From: Hyphomicrobiales bacterium
GTDB taxonomy: Bacteria; Pseudomonadota; Alphaproteobacteria; Rhizobiales; Beijerinckiaceae
Reading direction: 5' to 3'
Assembly: GCA_027483895.1 (NCBI GenBank)
Contig: JAIXTP010000020.1
Location: 27,359-91,358 of the forward strand
Length of the DNA: 64,000 bases
Positions 39,596 through 48,743 of this stretch are shown here, piece by piece (the first letter of the stretch is position 1; each line of letters begins with the position of its first letter). The notes under the pieces are model-generated. The model saw only the letters and a list, made by a program, of their open reading frames with translations, did not search any database and was not told the DNA's origin. A program made the translations under genes and the position numbers.

Positions 39596-39626
39596 GAGAA
39601 AAGGCGCCCGACCGGGTCGGGCGCCT
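39596..39626 (-). terminator. rho-independent terminator downstream of metY
   Basis: Stem GGCGCCCGA/TCGGGCGCC with a U-tract on the minus strand (plus-strand AAAA at 39599-39602). Confidence 0.6.
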
Positions 39627-39654
39627 TTCGGATCGTTTCCTGCGGAGGCGGGCG

Positions 39655-40938
39655 TCAGATGCTCGCCAGAGCCTCGTCGATGTCGGCGATGATGTCGGCC
39701 GCGTCCTCGATGCCGATCGACAGGCGCACCACCTCCGGGCCCGCGCCTGCGGAGCGGAGCTGCTCGGGGGTGAGCTGGCGGTGCGTGGTCGAGGCCGGGT
39801 GGATGACCAGCGAGCGCGTGTCGCCGATATTGGCGAGATGCGAGAGCAGCTTGAGGTTCGAGACGAACTTCACGCCGGCCTCGTAGCCGCCCTTCAGGCC
39901 GAAGGTGAACACCGCGCCCGCGCCCTTGGGCGAATAGCGCTTTGCGAGGTCGTGATACTTGTCGCCCGGCAGGCCGGGATAGCTGACCCACTCGACCGCC
40001 GGATGCGCCTGCAGGTGCTTGGCGACAGCGAGCGCGTTGTCCGAATGCTTCTGCATGCGCAGCGGCAGCGTCTCGATGCCCGTGATGATCATGAAGGCGT
40101 TGAAGGGCGACAGCGCGGGCCCGAGATCGCGCAGGCCGAGCACGCGGCAGGCGATGGCGAAGGCGAAGTCGCCGAAGGTCTCGCCCAGCACCATGCCGCC
40201 GTATTCGGGGCGCGGCTGCGAGAGCATCGGATAACGGCCCGACTTCATCCAGTCGAACCGGCCGCCGTCGACGATGAGGCCGCCGATGGAGTTGCCGTGG
40301 CCGCCGAGGAACTTGGTGGCCGAATGCACCACCACGTCGGCGCCGTGCTCGAAGGGGCGGATCAGGTAGGGGGTCGCCATCGTGTTGTCGACGATGAGCG
40401 GAATGCCCGCCTTGTGCGCGACCGCCGCGATGCCGGCGATGTCCATGATGAGGCCGCCGGGATTGGCGATCGACTCGATGAAGATCGCCTTGGTCTTCGG
40501 CGTGATGGCCTTCTCGAAGGACGCCGGGTCCTCGCCGTCGGCCCACACGACGTGCCAGTCGAAGTTCTTGTAGGAATGATTGAACTGGTTGATCGAGCCG
40601 CCGTAGAGCTTGCGCGAGGCGATGAACTCGTCGCCGGGCTGCAGGATCGTGTGGAACACGAGGAACTCGGCCGCGTGGCCCGAGGCGACGGCGAGCGCCG
40701 CCGTGCCGCCCTCCAGCGCCGCGACGCGCTCTTCCAGCACCGCGCAGGTCGGGTTGCCGATGCGCGAATAGATGTTGCCGAAAGCCTGCAGGCCGAACAG
40801 CGAGGCTGCGTGGTCGACGTCGTCGAAGACGAAGCTCGTCGTCTGATAGATGGGCGTCGCGCGCGCGCCGGTGGCCGCGTCGGGCGCCGCGCCGGCATGG
40901 ACGGCGAGGGTGGAGAAACCGGGATTCTGCTCGGTCAT
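39655..40938 (-). CDS. metY: O-acetylhomoserine aminocarboxypropyltransferase (sulfhydrylase)
   Basis: [33 protein letters not shown]-Lys region [18 protein letters not shown]. 427 aa. Confidence 0.92.
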   Translation of the reverse strand: MTEQNPGFSTLAVHAGAAPDAATGARATPIYQTTSFVFDDVDHAASLFGLQAFGNIYSRIGNPTCAVLEERVAALEGGTAALAVASGHAAEFLVFHTILQPGDEFIASRKLYGGSINQFNHSYKNFDWHVVWADGEDPASFEKAITPKTKAIFIESIANPGGLIMDIAGIAAVAHKAGIPLIVDNTMATPYLIRPFEHGADVVVHSATKFLGGHGNSIGGLIVDGGRFDWMKSGRYPMLSQPRPEYGGMVLGETFGDFAFAIACRVLGLRDLGPALSPFNAFMIITGIETLPLRMQKHSDNALAVAKHLQAHPAVEWVSYPGLPGDKYHDLAKRYSPKGAGAVFTFGLKGGYEAGVKFVSNLKLLSHLANIGDTRSLVIHPASTTHRQLTPEQLRSAGAGPEVVRLSIGIEDAADIIADIDEALASI

Positions 40939-41014
40939 GGTCGTGTTCCTCGGGATCGTTCGAGACGCCTTGCGGTCGTGTTCGATATAAAGAACGATTT
41001 GTTCTTCGTCAAAT

Positions 41015-41578
41015 TCAGCCGCGGCCGGGGCCGCGCGGAGCGATGGTGAGTTTCTGCACGCCCTTGGTCGAGAGGACCGGCTTCTTTGACGACAGGATGC
41101 GCGAATTGATGCCCTGCCAGCCGATCTCGCCGGAGAGGCGGCCGTATTCGATCTTGGGGCAGCGGTTCATGACGACCTGCACCCCCGCGGCCTCGGCCCG
41201 TTCGGCCGCGGCGTCGTTGCGGACGGAGAGCTGCATCCAGATCACCTTGGGCTTCCAAGGGAGCGCGAGCGCCTCGTCGGTGATCGGGCCCGCCGCTTCG
41301 GAATTGCGGAAGATCTCGACCATGTCGACGGGTTCGGCGAGGTCCTTCAGGCTCGCGACCACCGGCACGTCGAGAATGGTGCCTCCCGCCAGCCCGGGAT
41401 TGACGGCGACCATGCGGTAGCCGCGTTCCTTCAGATATTTCAGGACGATCCAGCTCGGTCTTGCCGGATTGGACGAGGCTCCGACCAGCGCGATGGACTT
41501 CGTCGACCGCAGGATCGTGCGGATCAGATCGTCGGGATAGGCGTCGTGGCGGGCGAGGGGGGCGGGGGTGTCGGACAT
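41015..41578 (-). CDS. CoA-binding domain protein (YccU-like)
   Basis: IALVGASSNPARPSWIVLKYLKERGYRMVAVNP, VDMVEIFR and IWMQLSV motifs. Start at ATG 41578. Confidence 0.85.
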   Translation of the reverse strand: MSDTPAPLARHDAYPDDLIRTILRSTKSIALVGASSNPARPSWIVLKYLKERGYRMVAVNPGLAGGTILDVPVVASLKDLAEPVDMVEIFRNSEAAGPITDEALALPWKPKVIWMQLSVRNDAAAERAEAAGVQVVMNRCPKIEYGRLSGEIGWQGINSRILSSKKPVLSTKGVQKLTIAPRGPGRG

Positions 41579-41618
41579 GGCGCGCACGCTATCCCTCGGC
41601 CCCGCCGCGTTCAACCGG

Positions 41619-42362
41619 TCACGACAGAAGAAGCTTGCCCGCGGCCACCAGCAGCACCACGCCGAGCGCCCGCAGGATCATGGGCGTCGCCAGGCCTGAA
41701 ATGCCGAGCCGCGTGCCGAGAAGCGCGCCCGCGATCACCGCGCCGGCGAAGACGGGCAGTTCCGCGGGCAGGGCGCCCACCGCCTTCACATTGCCGAGCA
41801 GCGCGGCGGTGGAATTGATGAGGATGAAGGTGACCGCCGTTCCGGACGCCTTCCGCACCTCGACCCATTTGCCGAAGATCATGATCGGCGACAGGAAGAT
41901 GCCGCCGCCCGTGCCGGTGAGGCCGGAGAGGAAGCCCACCGTTGCGCCCGTACCCGTGGCGAAAGGCCAGAACGGACGCTTCGTTTCCTCGGCGGTCGGG
42001 ATGCGGAGGCCGCCGGGCCACAGGAGCCGGCCGGCCGCGATCAGCAGCACGAGGCCGACCAGCGGACGATACCAATGGCCGGGCAGCATGATGCCGCCGC
42101 CGATGAAGGCCAGCGGGGCGGAGCCCGCGACGAGCGCGAGCAGAAGCTTCGGCTCGATCAGGCCCGCGCGCGCGAAACGGACGGCGGACAGGCTCGCGAC
42201 GATGATGTTGAGGACGAGCGCCGTGGGCCGCATGACCTCCGGCGCGATCCCGAACAGCACCATGGCGGCGAGATAGGCCGAGGCGCCGGCATGGCCGACG
42301 CTGGTATAGAGCGCGGCGCCGAGAAACAGCAGGAAGGGCAGAAGAACGTCGGCGGAAAACAT
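41619..42362 (-). CDS. TauE/SafE-family sulfite/anion exporter
   Basis: 247 aa, 7-8 TM helices, internally repeated GxGGG-containing halves (LTGTGGGIFLSP), typical of TauE/SafE. Confidence 0.85.
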   Translation of the reverse strand: MFSADVLLPFLLFLGAALYTSVGHAGASAYLAAMVLFGIAPEVMRPTALVLNIIVASLSAVRFARAGLIEPKLLLALVAGSAPLAFIGGGIMLPGHWYRPLVGLVLLIAAGRLLWPGGLRIPTAEETKRPFWPFATGTGATVGFLSGLTGTGGGIFLSPIMIFGKWVEVRKASGTAVTFILINSTAALLGNVKAVGALPAELPVFAGAVIAGALLGTRLGISGLATPMILRALGVVLLVAAGKLLLS

Positions 42363-42493
42363 GCAGCGGCCGCGTGAGAGGTCGTCCGCTCCCGCCGGAG
42401 CATGATGGAGTGCGTCGGGCCCGTCGGCTGCGCGGGAGGGAAGCTAGCCGGCCGCCTCCGAAGCGTCAATGTCCGCCTGACGGACGCCAAGTG

Positions 42494-43315
42494 TCACTCG
42501 CCGCGCCATTCCGGGGCGCGCTTTTCGACGAAGGCGCCGATGCCCTCCTCCGCGTCGCGCGCGAGCATGTTCTCCACCATGACCCGCGAAGCATGGGCAT
42601 AGGCGTCCGAGAGCGGCATTTCGAGCTGCTCGTAGAAGGCCTTCTTGCCGATCTTCAAAGTGAGCGGCGATTTGGATGCGACGATCCCGGCCATGCGCAG
42701 CGCCTCGGCCTCCGCGTCGCCCGGGGGCACGACGCGGTTGACGAGGCCCATGCGGGCGGCGTTCTCCGCCGCGATCATCTCGCCGAGCAGCAGCATCTCC
42801 ATCGCGTGCTTGCGCGCCAGATTGCGCGAGAGCGGCACCATGGGCGTAGAGCAGAACAGGCCGATATGGACGCCCGGGGTGCAGAAGCGCGCCTCCGCGC
42901 CGGCCACGGCGAGATCGCAGCTCGCGACGAGCTGCGCGCCCGCCGCCGTTGCGGTGCCTTCCACGGCGGCGACGACCGGCTGCGGCAGCCGCACGATCGC
43001 CTGCATCATGGCCGAGCAGCGGCCGAGAATGTCGGCGAAATAGGCGCGTCCGCGATCGGGATCCGCGCGGCGGGCCGTCATCTCCTTGAGGTCGTGCCCC
43101 GCCGAGAAGACCGGGCCGGCGGCCGCGAGCACGACGGCCCGGACGGAGCGGTCATCCGCGATCGCGGCGAATTCGGCGGCGAGCGCATCGATCAGCGCTT
43201 CGGACAGGGCGTTGCGCGCGGCCGGACGGTTCAGGCGCAAGAGGGCGACGGCGCCGCGATCCTCCCGCAGGAGGGGCGGGGCCGGGGCGGCGGGGGCGGG
43301 CTCGGATCGGGTCAT
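42494..43315 (-). CDS. enoyl-CoA hydratase/isomerase (crotonase) family protein
   Basis: LNRPAARNAL, FSAGHDLKE, PVVAAVEGTATAAGAQLVASCDLAVA, GVHIGLF motifs. Confidence 0.9.
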   Translation of the reverse strand: MTRSEPAPAAPAPPLLREDRGAVALLRLNRPAARNALSEALIDALAAEFAAIADDRSVRAVVLAAAGPVFSAGHDLKEMTARRADPDRGRAYFADILGRCSAMMQAIVRLPQPVVAAVEGTATAAGAQLVASCDLAVAGAEARFCTPGVHIGLFCSTPMVPLSRNLARKHAMEMLLLGEMIAAENAARMGLVNRVVPPGDAEAEALRMAGIVASKSPLTLKIGKKAFYEQLEMPLSDAYAHASRVMVENMLARDAEEGIGAFVEKRAPEWRGE

Positions 43316-43413
43316 GGCGGAAGGCTCGCGCCGGGCGCGGCGCTCGTCAACAGGTTCACAGGCGCGGGCGCGGGCGTTACGACTGTCGCCGAACCTCCGG
43401 GGGAAGTGGACCG

Positions 43414-43839
43414 ATGCGTGAAGCCGTGATGCCGCTGCAGGATCTCGAAGTCTTCCTGCGCAAGGAATTTCCCCAGATCTACATGCAAGGCGACATCTGG
43501 ACGGTCGAGGAGGTGGGGCACGGCCGGGCGGTGATGCGCATGGCCTATCACGAGACCCAGCTGCGCCCCGGCGGCACCATCTCGGGTCCCGCGATGATGA
43601 CGCTCGCCGATCTCGCGCTCTACGTCGCGATCCTCGGTTCGATCGGCCCCGTGGCGCTGGCGGTGACGACGAATTTCTCGATCAATTTCCTGCGCAAGCC
43701 CGAGCCGCGCGCGATGATCGGGGAGTGCCGGCTGCTGAAGCTCGGCAAGCGGCTGGCCGTGGGCGAGGTCCTGATCCGCTCCGAAGGGTCGGACGATCTC
43801 TGCGCGCATGTGACGGGGACCTATTCGATCCCGGCGTGA
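43414..43839 (+). CDS. PaaI-family hot-dog thioesterase
   Basis: GGTISGPAMMTLADLALYVAI...GKRLAVGEVLI... Typical PaaI length and motifs. Divergent from the crotonase gene. Confidence 0.85.
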   Translation: MREAVMPLQDLEVFLRKEFPQIYMQGDIWTVEEVGHGRAVMRMAYHETQLRPGGTISGPAMMTLADLALYVAILGSIGPVALAVTTNFSINFLRKPEPRAMIGECRLLKLGKRLAVGEVLIRSEGSDDLCAHVTGTYSIPA

Positions 43840-43886
43840 CGCGTGCGCCCCGGCGGGGGGCGGCTCCTCACCATGAGGGCATTTCC

Positions 43887-43984
43887 GTCATTGCGAGGAG
43901 CGGAGCGACGAAGCAATCCATTCGTCGGGCATGGAGCGCGGGGGCGGGCGTTTTTCTGGATTGCTTCGCTTCGCTCGCAATGAC
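43887..43984. repeat. REP/MITE-like palindromic element (GTCATTGCGAG...GAAGCAATCCA family)
   Basis: Left arm 43887-43920 (gtcattgcgaggagcggagcgacgaagcaatcca) pairs with right arm 43957-43984 (tggattgcttcgcttcgctcgcaatgac). The arm sequence belongs to the widespread Bradyrhizobiaceae/Methylobacterium-type intergenic repeat. Confidence 0.75.
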
Positions 43985-44188
43985 CGATCAGGTTCGGATG
44001 TGCGGTAAAATAATACCGCTTGTATCAAGTCATTGATTTAAAACATAAAACCCTTTTCTCGGCATCTCGTCCGCCATTGACGCGCGGCCCGGCGTCATGT
44101 ACTTCACCGCTCGAACGAAGGGCCTCGTCGCCCTCCGCACTCTTTCGGCATGCGGGGCGGTCCCGCATGCGACAACGGAAAGCGATCC

Positions 44189-44653
44189 ATGAAGACCTAT
44201 GTGGCCAAGCCCGCCGAGGTCGAGAAGAAGTGGGTGCTGATCGACGCGAAGGGCCTCGTCGTGGGCCGTCTCGCGTCCCTGATCGCCATGCGTCTGCGCG
44301 GCAAGCACAAGCCCACCTTCACGCCTCACGTCGACTGCGGTGACAACGTCATCGTCATCAATGCCGAGAAGGTCGTGCTGACCGGTCGCAAGCGCGACCA
44401 GAAGGTCTACTACCATCACACCGGCTATCCCGGCGGCATCAAGGAACGGTCGGCCAAGTTCATTCTCGAAGGCCGCTTCCCCGAGCGCGTCGTCGAGAAG
44501 GCCGTCGAGCGCATGCTCCCGCGCGGCCCGCTCGGCCGCAAGCAGCTCGGCAATCTGCGCGTCTACAAGGGCGCCGAGCATCCCCATGCGGCCCAGGCGC
44601 CGGAGGCGGTCGATATCGCCGCGCTGAACCGCAAGAACTCGAGGAGCGCCTGA
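44189..44653 (+). CDS. rplM: 50S ribosomal protein L13
   Basis: [30 protein letters not shown]...[19 protein letters not shown]. Confidence 0.96.
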   Translation: MKTYVAKPAEVEKKWVLIDAKGLVVGRLASLIAMRLRGKHKPTFTPHVDCGDNVIVINAEKVVLTGRKRDQKVYYHHTGYPGGIKERSAKFILEGRFPERVVEKAVERMLPRGPLGRKQLGNLRVYKGAEHPHAAQAPEAVDIAALNRKNSRSA

Positions 44654-44655
44654 AC

Positions 44656-45132
44656 ATGGCCGACACCCTCCAGTCCCTCGCCGATCTGAAGGGCGCGGTC
44701 TCGACCGCCCCCGAGGCTCCCGTGCACGTCCAGAAGCTCGACGCTCAGGGCCGCGCCTATGCCACCGGCAAGCGCAAGGACGCGGTCGCCCGCGTCTGGA
44801 TCAAGCCGGGCTCCGGCACGATCACGGTCAACAAGCGCGCGGTCGACGTCTACTTCGCCCGTCCGGTGCTCCGCATGATCCTGCAGCAGCCGCTGCTGGT
44901 GGCGGACCGCCTGAGCCAGTACGACATCGTCGTCGACGTCGAAGGCGGCGGCCTCTCCGGCCAGGCCGGTGCCGTGCGTCACGGCATCGCCAAGGCGCTG
45001 ACCTATTACGAGCCCGATCTTCGCGGCATCCTCAAGAAGGTCGGCTTCCTCACCCGCGACAGCCGCGTGGTCGAGCGCAAGAAGTACGGCCGGGCCAAGG
45101 CTCGCCGCAGCTTCCAGTTCTCGAAGCGCTGA
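44656..45132 (+). CDS. rpsI: 30S ribosomal protein S9
   Basis: [19 protein letters not shown]...[19 protein letters not shown]...[18 protein letters not shown]. Confidence 0.96.
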   Translation: MADTLQSLADLKGAVSTAPEAPVHVQKLDAQGRAYATGKRKDAVARVWIKPGSGTITVNKRAVDVYFARPVLRMILQQPLLVADRLSQYDIVVDVEGGGLSGQAGAVRHGIAKALTYYEPDLRGILKKVGFLTRDSRVVERKKYGRAKARRSFQFSKR

Positions 45133-45169
45133 AGTTTCTTCCTTCGAAGAAATTTCTCCACGACATCGA

Positions 45170-45203
45170 AAAAAGCCGCCCTTCCGGGCGGCTTTTTGTT
45201 TTT
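45170..45203. terminator. rho-independent terminator after rpsI, flanked by an A-tract so possibly bidirectional for cfa
   Basis: AAAAAA, then AGCCGCCC-TTCC-GGGCGGCT, then TTTTTGTTTTT. Confidence 0.8.
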
Positions 45204-45243
45204 CAGGCCGAGCGGCGCGCCGTTCGAGCGCCGCTTGCGAGCG

Positions 45244-46542
45244 TCAGGCTGACGGGGCCTGATCGTAGAGATCGGCTCGCGTGGCGGGCACGGGGAGAAA
45301 GCCCTTCGATTTCCTCGAAGCCAATGTCTGGAAGATGCCGACCGCGCCGCGCTCGAAAGCGAGCGAGCACCCGCCGAGATACATGAGCCACATGCGCGTC
45401 TTTTCAGCTCCGATCCGAGCCTCGGCTTCCGCCCGTCGCTCGAGCAGCCGGTCGTGCCACAGGCGCGTCGTGCGCGCATAATGCATCCGCCACGCTTCGA
45501 CGTCGTGGACCTCGAAACGCGCCCGCTCGAGATTCGCGACCGACATGCCCAGATGGTCGAGTTCGCCGCCGGGAAAAATGTATCGCACCAAGGCCCGATA
45601 CTCGGCGCGCATCTTCCGGAACTCGTTGTCGCTTCCCTTCGCGGGACGGGAAATGGCGTGGTGCAGATAGAGCCCGCCGGGCTTCAGGAGCCGATGAACG
45701 GCTTTGAAGTATTTCTGGTGATTGTCGATGCCGACGGCCTCGAACATGCCGATCGAGGAAATCGTATCGAAGGATCCTTCTTCGAGATCGTTGTAGTCGA
45801 TGACCTGGACCGAAACGCGATCCGACAGACCGAGCGAAGCCACTTTCTCGCGCGCGAGCGCCGCCTGTTCTTCCGAGAGGGTCACGCCGACCGCAGACAC
45901 GCCGTAATGCATCGCGGCATGGCAGATGAGCGCGCCCCAACCGCAGCCGATGTCGAGATGACGCCCGCCCGGCTTCAGGCGCAGCTTCCGGCAGATCATG
46001 TCCAGCTTGTCGCGCTGCGCCTTGGCGATGTCGTCGTGGAAATCGGGCGTGTAGTAAGCGCAGGTGTAGACCATCTCCGGATCGAGAAAGAGCCGGTAGA
46101 ACTCGTTCGAGACGTCGTAGTGATGGGCGATGTTCTGCTTGTTCGTCGCGGCGTCGCCGCGCTTGAGACGGGCATCGTCGCCGCGTCCGCGCGCCAAGGT
46201 CGGCCGGCCCGGAACCGTAAGCAGGTGCAGCGCCGTTCGAACCAGCGGGATCACGCCCAAGGACTTCAGCAAGGCCCCCGGCTTGCCGACGGGCCTGAGC
46301 GCGGCGAGGTCGAAGATCGTCCCGTCTTCCCAATCGAGCCGTCCCTCGGCGTGCAATCGGATGACGGTGTCCAGACGTGGACTTCTCAACAGGCTCGCCA
46401 GGACGCCCTCGTCGGCGATACGGATCCGGAGGGGATGCTCTCCCGCGCTCGGCGGGATTTCCGCTCCGTTCCAGAGACGAAATCCGAATCGGAGATCCGA
46501 CAATTCGCTCACGCGTCGAAGGAACTGTTCGCTAGGCGCCAT
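45244..46542 (-). CDS. cfa: cyclopropane-fatty-acyl-phospholipid synthase family SAM-dependent methyltransferase
   Basis: HYDVSNEFYRLFLDPEMVYTCAYY, SAM motif HLDIGCGWGAL, FDTISSIGMFEAVG, GGELDHL. Start at ATG 46542. Confidence 0.88.
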   Translation of the reverse strand: MAPSEQFLRRVSELSDLRFGFRLWNGAEIPPSAGEHPLRIRIADEGVLASLLRSPRLDTVIRLHAEGRLDWEDGTIFDLAALRPVGKPGALLKSLGVIPLVRTALHLLTVPGRPTLARGRGDDARLKRGDAATNKQNIAHHYDVSNEFYRLFLDPEMVYTCAYYTPDFHDDIAKAQRDKLDMICRKLRLKPGGRHLDIGCGWGALICHAAMHYGVSAVGVTLSEEQAALAREKVASLGLSDRVSVQVIDYNDLEEGSFDTISSIGMFEAVGIDNHQKYFKAVHRLLKPGGLYLHHAISRPAKGSDNEFRKMRAEYRALVRYIFPGGELDHLGMSVANLERARFEVHDVEAWRMHYARTTRLWHDRLLERRAEAEARIGAEKTRMWLMYLGGCSLAFERGAVGIFQTLASRKSKGFLPVPATRADLYDQAPSA

Positions 46543-47080
46543 TCGAATCTCCTCGACGGTCTTCACTGCGCGCGTTCTATAGGGCCTCGCATCGTAGGTG
46601 GTAAGTCGTATTGCGGCGGCGACGAATTCAGCAGAGTTTCCGGGACTCGAAGATACCGGCCGAACGCAGTCGTTTGCAGTAATCCGACCGCTCGAAAACG
46701 GCCCGTAACCGTTCGCATTTCGTGCAGTCGAAAGGATATTCCGGTCCGAAAGCCGGTGGTGATCCGTCGGGCCGAGCCCGCGGATCATGCGGGCGACGTA
46801 TTCGATCCCGTCGAGACCCGGATCGCGGATCCGTCGCAACGAAAGGGACGGCTTTTTTCGTCGATGCTCGGGATGTTCAAGCTGCCGGGAATTCTCAACC
46901 GAGGGTAGCAGGTGCTATGATGAAGCCATGGCACCCGTCGTTCTCCTCAATCTCATCGCGGCACGTCTCGGCCTTCGCAAGTCCGGGCTGCCGCTCGACC
47001 GGCAGGCGCCCGCGGACGAGCCGTCCGTGGACAATCAGCGCGAGATCCTGATCGGGATCGCGATCGTCGTCGTGCTGATT

Positions 47081-48736
47081 TCAATCGGTCTTGCGGCTTG
47101 GCTCGTCGAGAGCGACGGTCCGTTCGGACAGTTCCAGCCATAAGCGCTTCTGCGCCGCGTCGAGCTCCTGCGACCGGGCGATGATCGCGCCGACGGCGGC
47201 GCCGTTGGGAAGGGTCGCGAGCCGTTTCAGCTGTTCGAACAGGATGTGGAACTGCGCCGCGGCGATCTCCGGATGCTCGGTCAGGAATTCCTTCGGCATG
47301 AAGAGGTCGTTCTTGGCGCGCTCCGTTTGCTGGAACTTCGCCTTCTCGATCAGCACCTCGATCTGGTTGTGCGAGATGTTGAGCCGCTTGGCGAGCTGGG
47401 AGACCTTCTCCATCTCCTCGTCCGACAGCACGCCGTCCGACAGCATCACGTTCAGCTCGTTCTCCAATTGCTGCCGCTGCAGCTGCAATTCCTGCATGAA
47501 GGCCGAGGAGAGGATCGAGGCGGGGATCGCGAAGATGCCGATCCCGAGCAGCGCCATGATGAGCGTCATGAAGCGGCCCATCGGCGTGATCGGCGAGATG
47601 TCGCCGTAGCCGACGCTGGCCAGCGTGATGACGGCCCAATAGATCGCCGTCGGGATGTTCTCGAACTTGTCCGGCTGGGCCTCGTGCTCCAGCAGATAGC
47701 CGAAGCTCGCGGCGAGGATCACGAGCAGCATCATCGTGAAGGCGGCGGCACCGATGATGGGCAATTCGCGCCGCACGACCGACATCAAGGTCGACGTCGA
47801 CCCCGTGTAGCGCGTGAGCTTGAACAGGCGCAGCAGCCGGAAGGTGCGCAGGAAGCGCAGGTCGACGAGATGGTGCAGCAGCACCTCGAGAAAGAACGGC
47901 AGGATCGCGAGCAGGTCGATGAGCGCGACCGGGTTGCGCGCATAGCGGATGCGCCCGCCGAGCCAATGCCGGAATTTCGGTTCTTCGACGCAGGAATAGA
48001 GCCTGAACGCGTATTCGAAGCAGAAGACCAGAACGGCCAACACGTCGAGAACGACGAATTCCAGAGCCAGATTGTAATAGATGGAGTCGACCGACTCGAG
48101 GATGACCGCGAGCACGGATACGAGCACCCAGAACACGATGAAGAGATCGTAATAGTGGTGCAGCGAGCCGCTATGGGGCGAGTCGAAGACGAGCGCGTGG
48201 ACCTTCTGACGGAAGGTGCGGCCCTTGTTCAGCTCCACGAATTCGTGGATCGCGGGCATGAGCACGCGGAAGAGCTTCAGAAGCCGCAGCAGCCGCAGCA
48301 CGCGCAGGACGCGCAGGTCCATGGCGAAGAAGGCGCTGAGATAGAAGGGCAGGATCGCGGCGATGTCGATCAGCGCAAAGACGCTGAACATGTATTTCAG
48401 GCGCGGCACGCTGCTGTCCGCGAACTCTTCGTCTTCGGGCGCCACATACAGGCGGATCAGATATTCGAAGGTGAAGATGATGATCGAGAAGACGTCGAAG
48501 ATGTGGAACCACTTCGCGTAGGGCTCGTACAACGACGGGATCAGCTCGAGGAGCATGATCGTGATGTTCGCGATGATGAGGACCGCGATCCATTGCTCGA
48601 CATGCTCGGCGTAGCTGTGGCCGCCGTGCTTGTCGAAGAGCCAGTGATAGACCGTGCTGCGCAGCGTGCGCCTCTGACGGGCGACGGCGGCCGGAGGGAG
48701 CAGGGCGTCGGCTGCGGGGGGCGCCGTTTCGCTCAT
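47081..48736 (-). CDS. voltage-gated K+ channel-like protein with two tandem voltage-sensor domains, one pore domain and a C-terminal helical cytoplasmic domain
   Basis: Two full S1-S4 sets. S2 is FTFEYLIRLY (aa 88-97) and FCFEYAFRLY (238-247). S3 is ALIDIAAILPFYL (121-133) and ALIDLLAILPFFL (271-283). S4 is RVLRVLRLLRLLKLFR (142-157) and RFLRTFRLLRLFKLTR (294-309). These are followed by S5, a pore helix and the selectivity filter TLASVGYGD (371-379), then S6. Confidence 0.85.
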   Translation of the reverse strand: MSETAPPAADALLPPAAVARQRRTLRSTVYHWLFDKHGGHSYAEHVEQWIAVLIIANITIMLLELIPSLYEPYAKWFHIFDVFSIIIFTFEYLIRLYVAPEDEEFADSSVPRLKYMFSVFALIDIAAILPFYLSAFFAMDLRVLRVLRLLRLLKLFRVLMPAIHEFVELNKGRTFRQKVHALVFDSPHSGSLHHYYDLFIVFWVLVSVLAVILESVDSIYYNLALEFVVLDVLAVLVFCFEYAFRLYSCVEEPKFRHWLGGRIRYARNPVALIDLLAILPFFLEVLLHHLVDLRFLRTFRLLRLFKLTRYTGSTSTLMSVVRRELPIIGAAAFTMMLLVILAASFGYLLEHEAQPDKFENIPTAIYWAVITLASVGYGDISPITPMGRFMTLIMALLGIGIFAIPASILSSAFMQELQLQRQQLENELNVMLSDGVLSDEEMEKVSQLAKRLNISHNQIEVLIEKAKFQQTERAKNDLFMPKEFLTEHPEIAAAQFHILFEQLKRLATLPNGAAVGAIIARSQELDAAQKRLWLELSERTVALDEPSRKTD

Positions 48737-48743
48737 CTGGGCC

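Noticed and set aside
40939-41014. Possible SAM-II-type riboswitch or operator upstream of metY, including an AT-rich hairpin AAGAAC-GATTT-GTTCTT (about 40990-41007).
   Set aside because: I could not recognise the SAM-II consensus elements, including the AAAGCU 3' strand. The leader is only 76 nt, and the hairpin is equally well explained as a weak terminator for the upstream CoA-binding protein gene. An Infernal scan would settle it.
46928-47143. 72-codon ORF (MAPVVLLNLIAARLG...) in the region between cfa and the channel gene, overlapping the channel gene's 3' end by 63 nt.
   Set aside because: It has no convincing SD, overlaps a strongly supported gene on the opposite strand, and its composition is unremarkable. 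It is probably a chance ORF.
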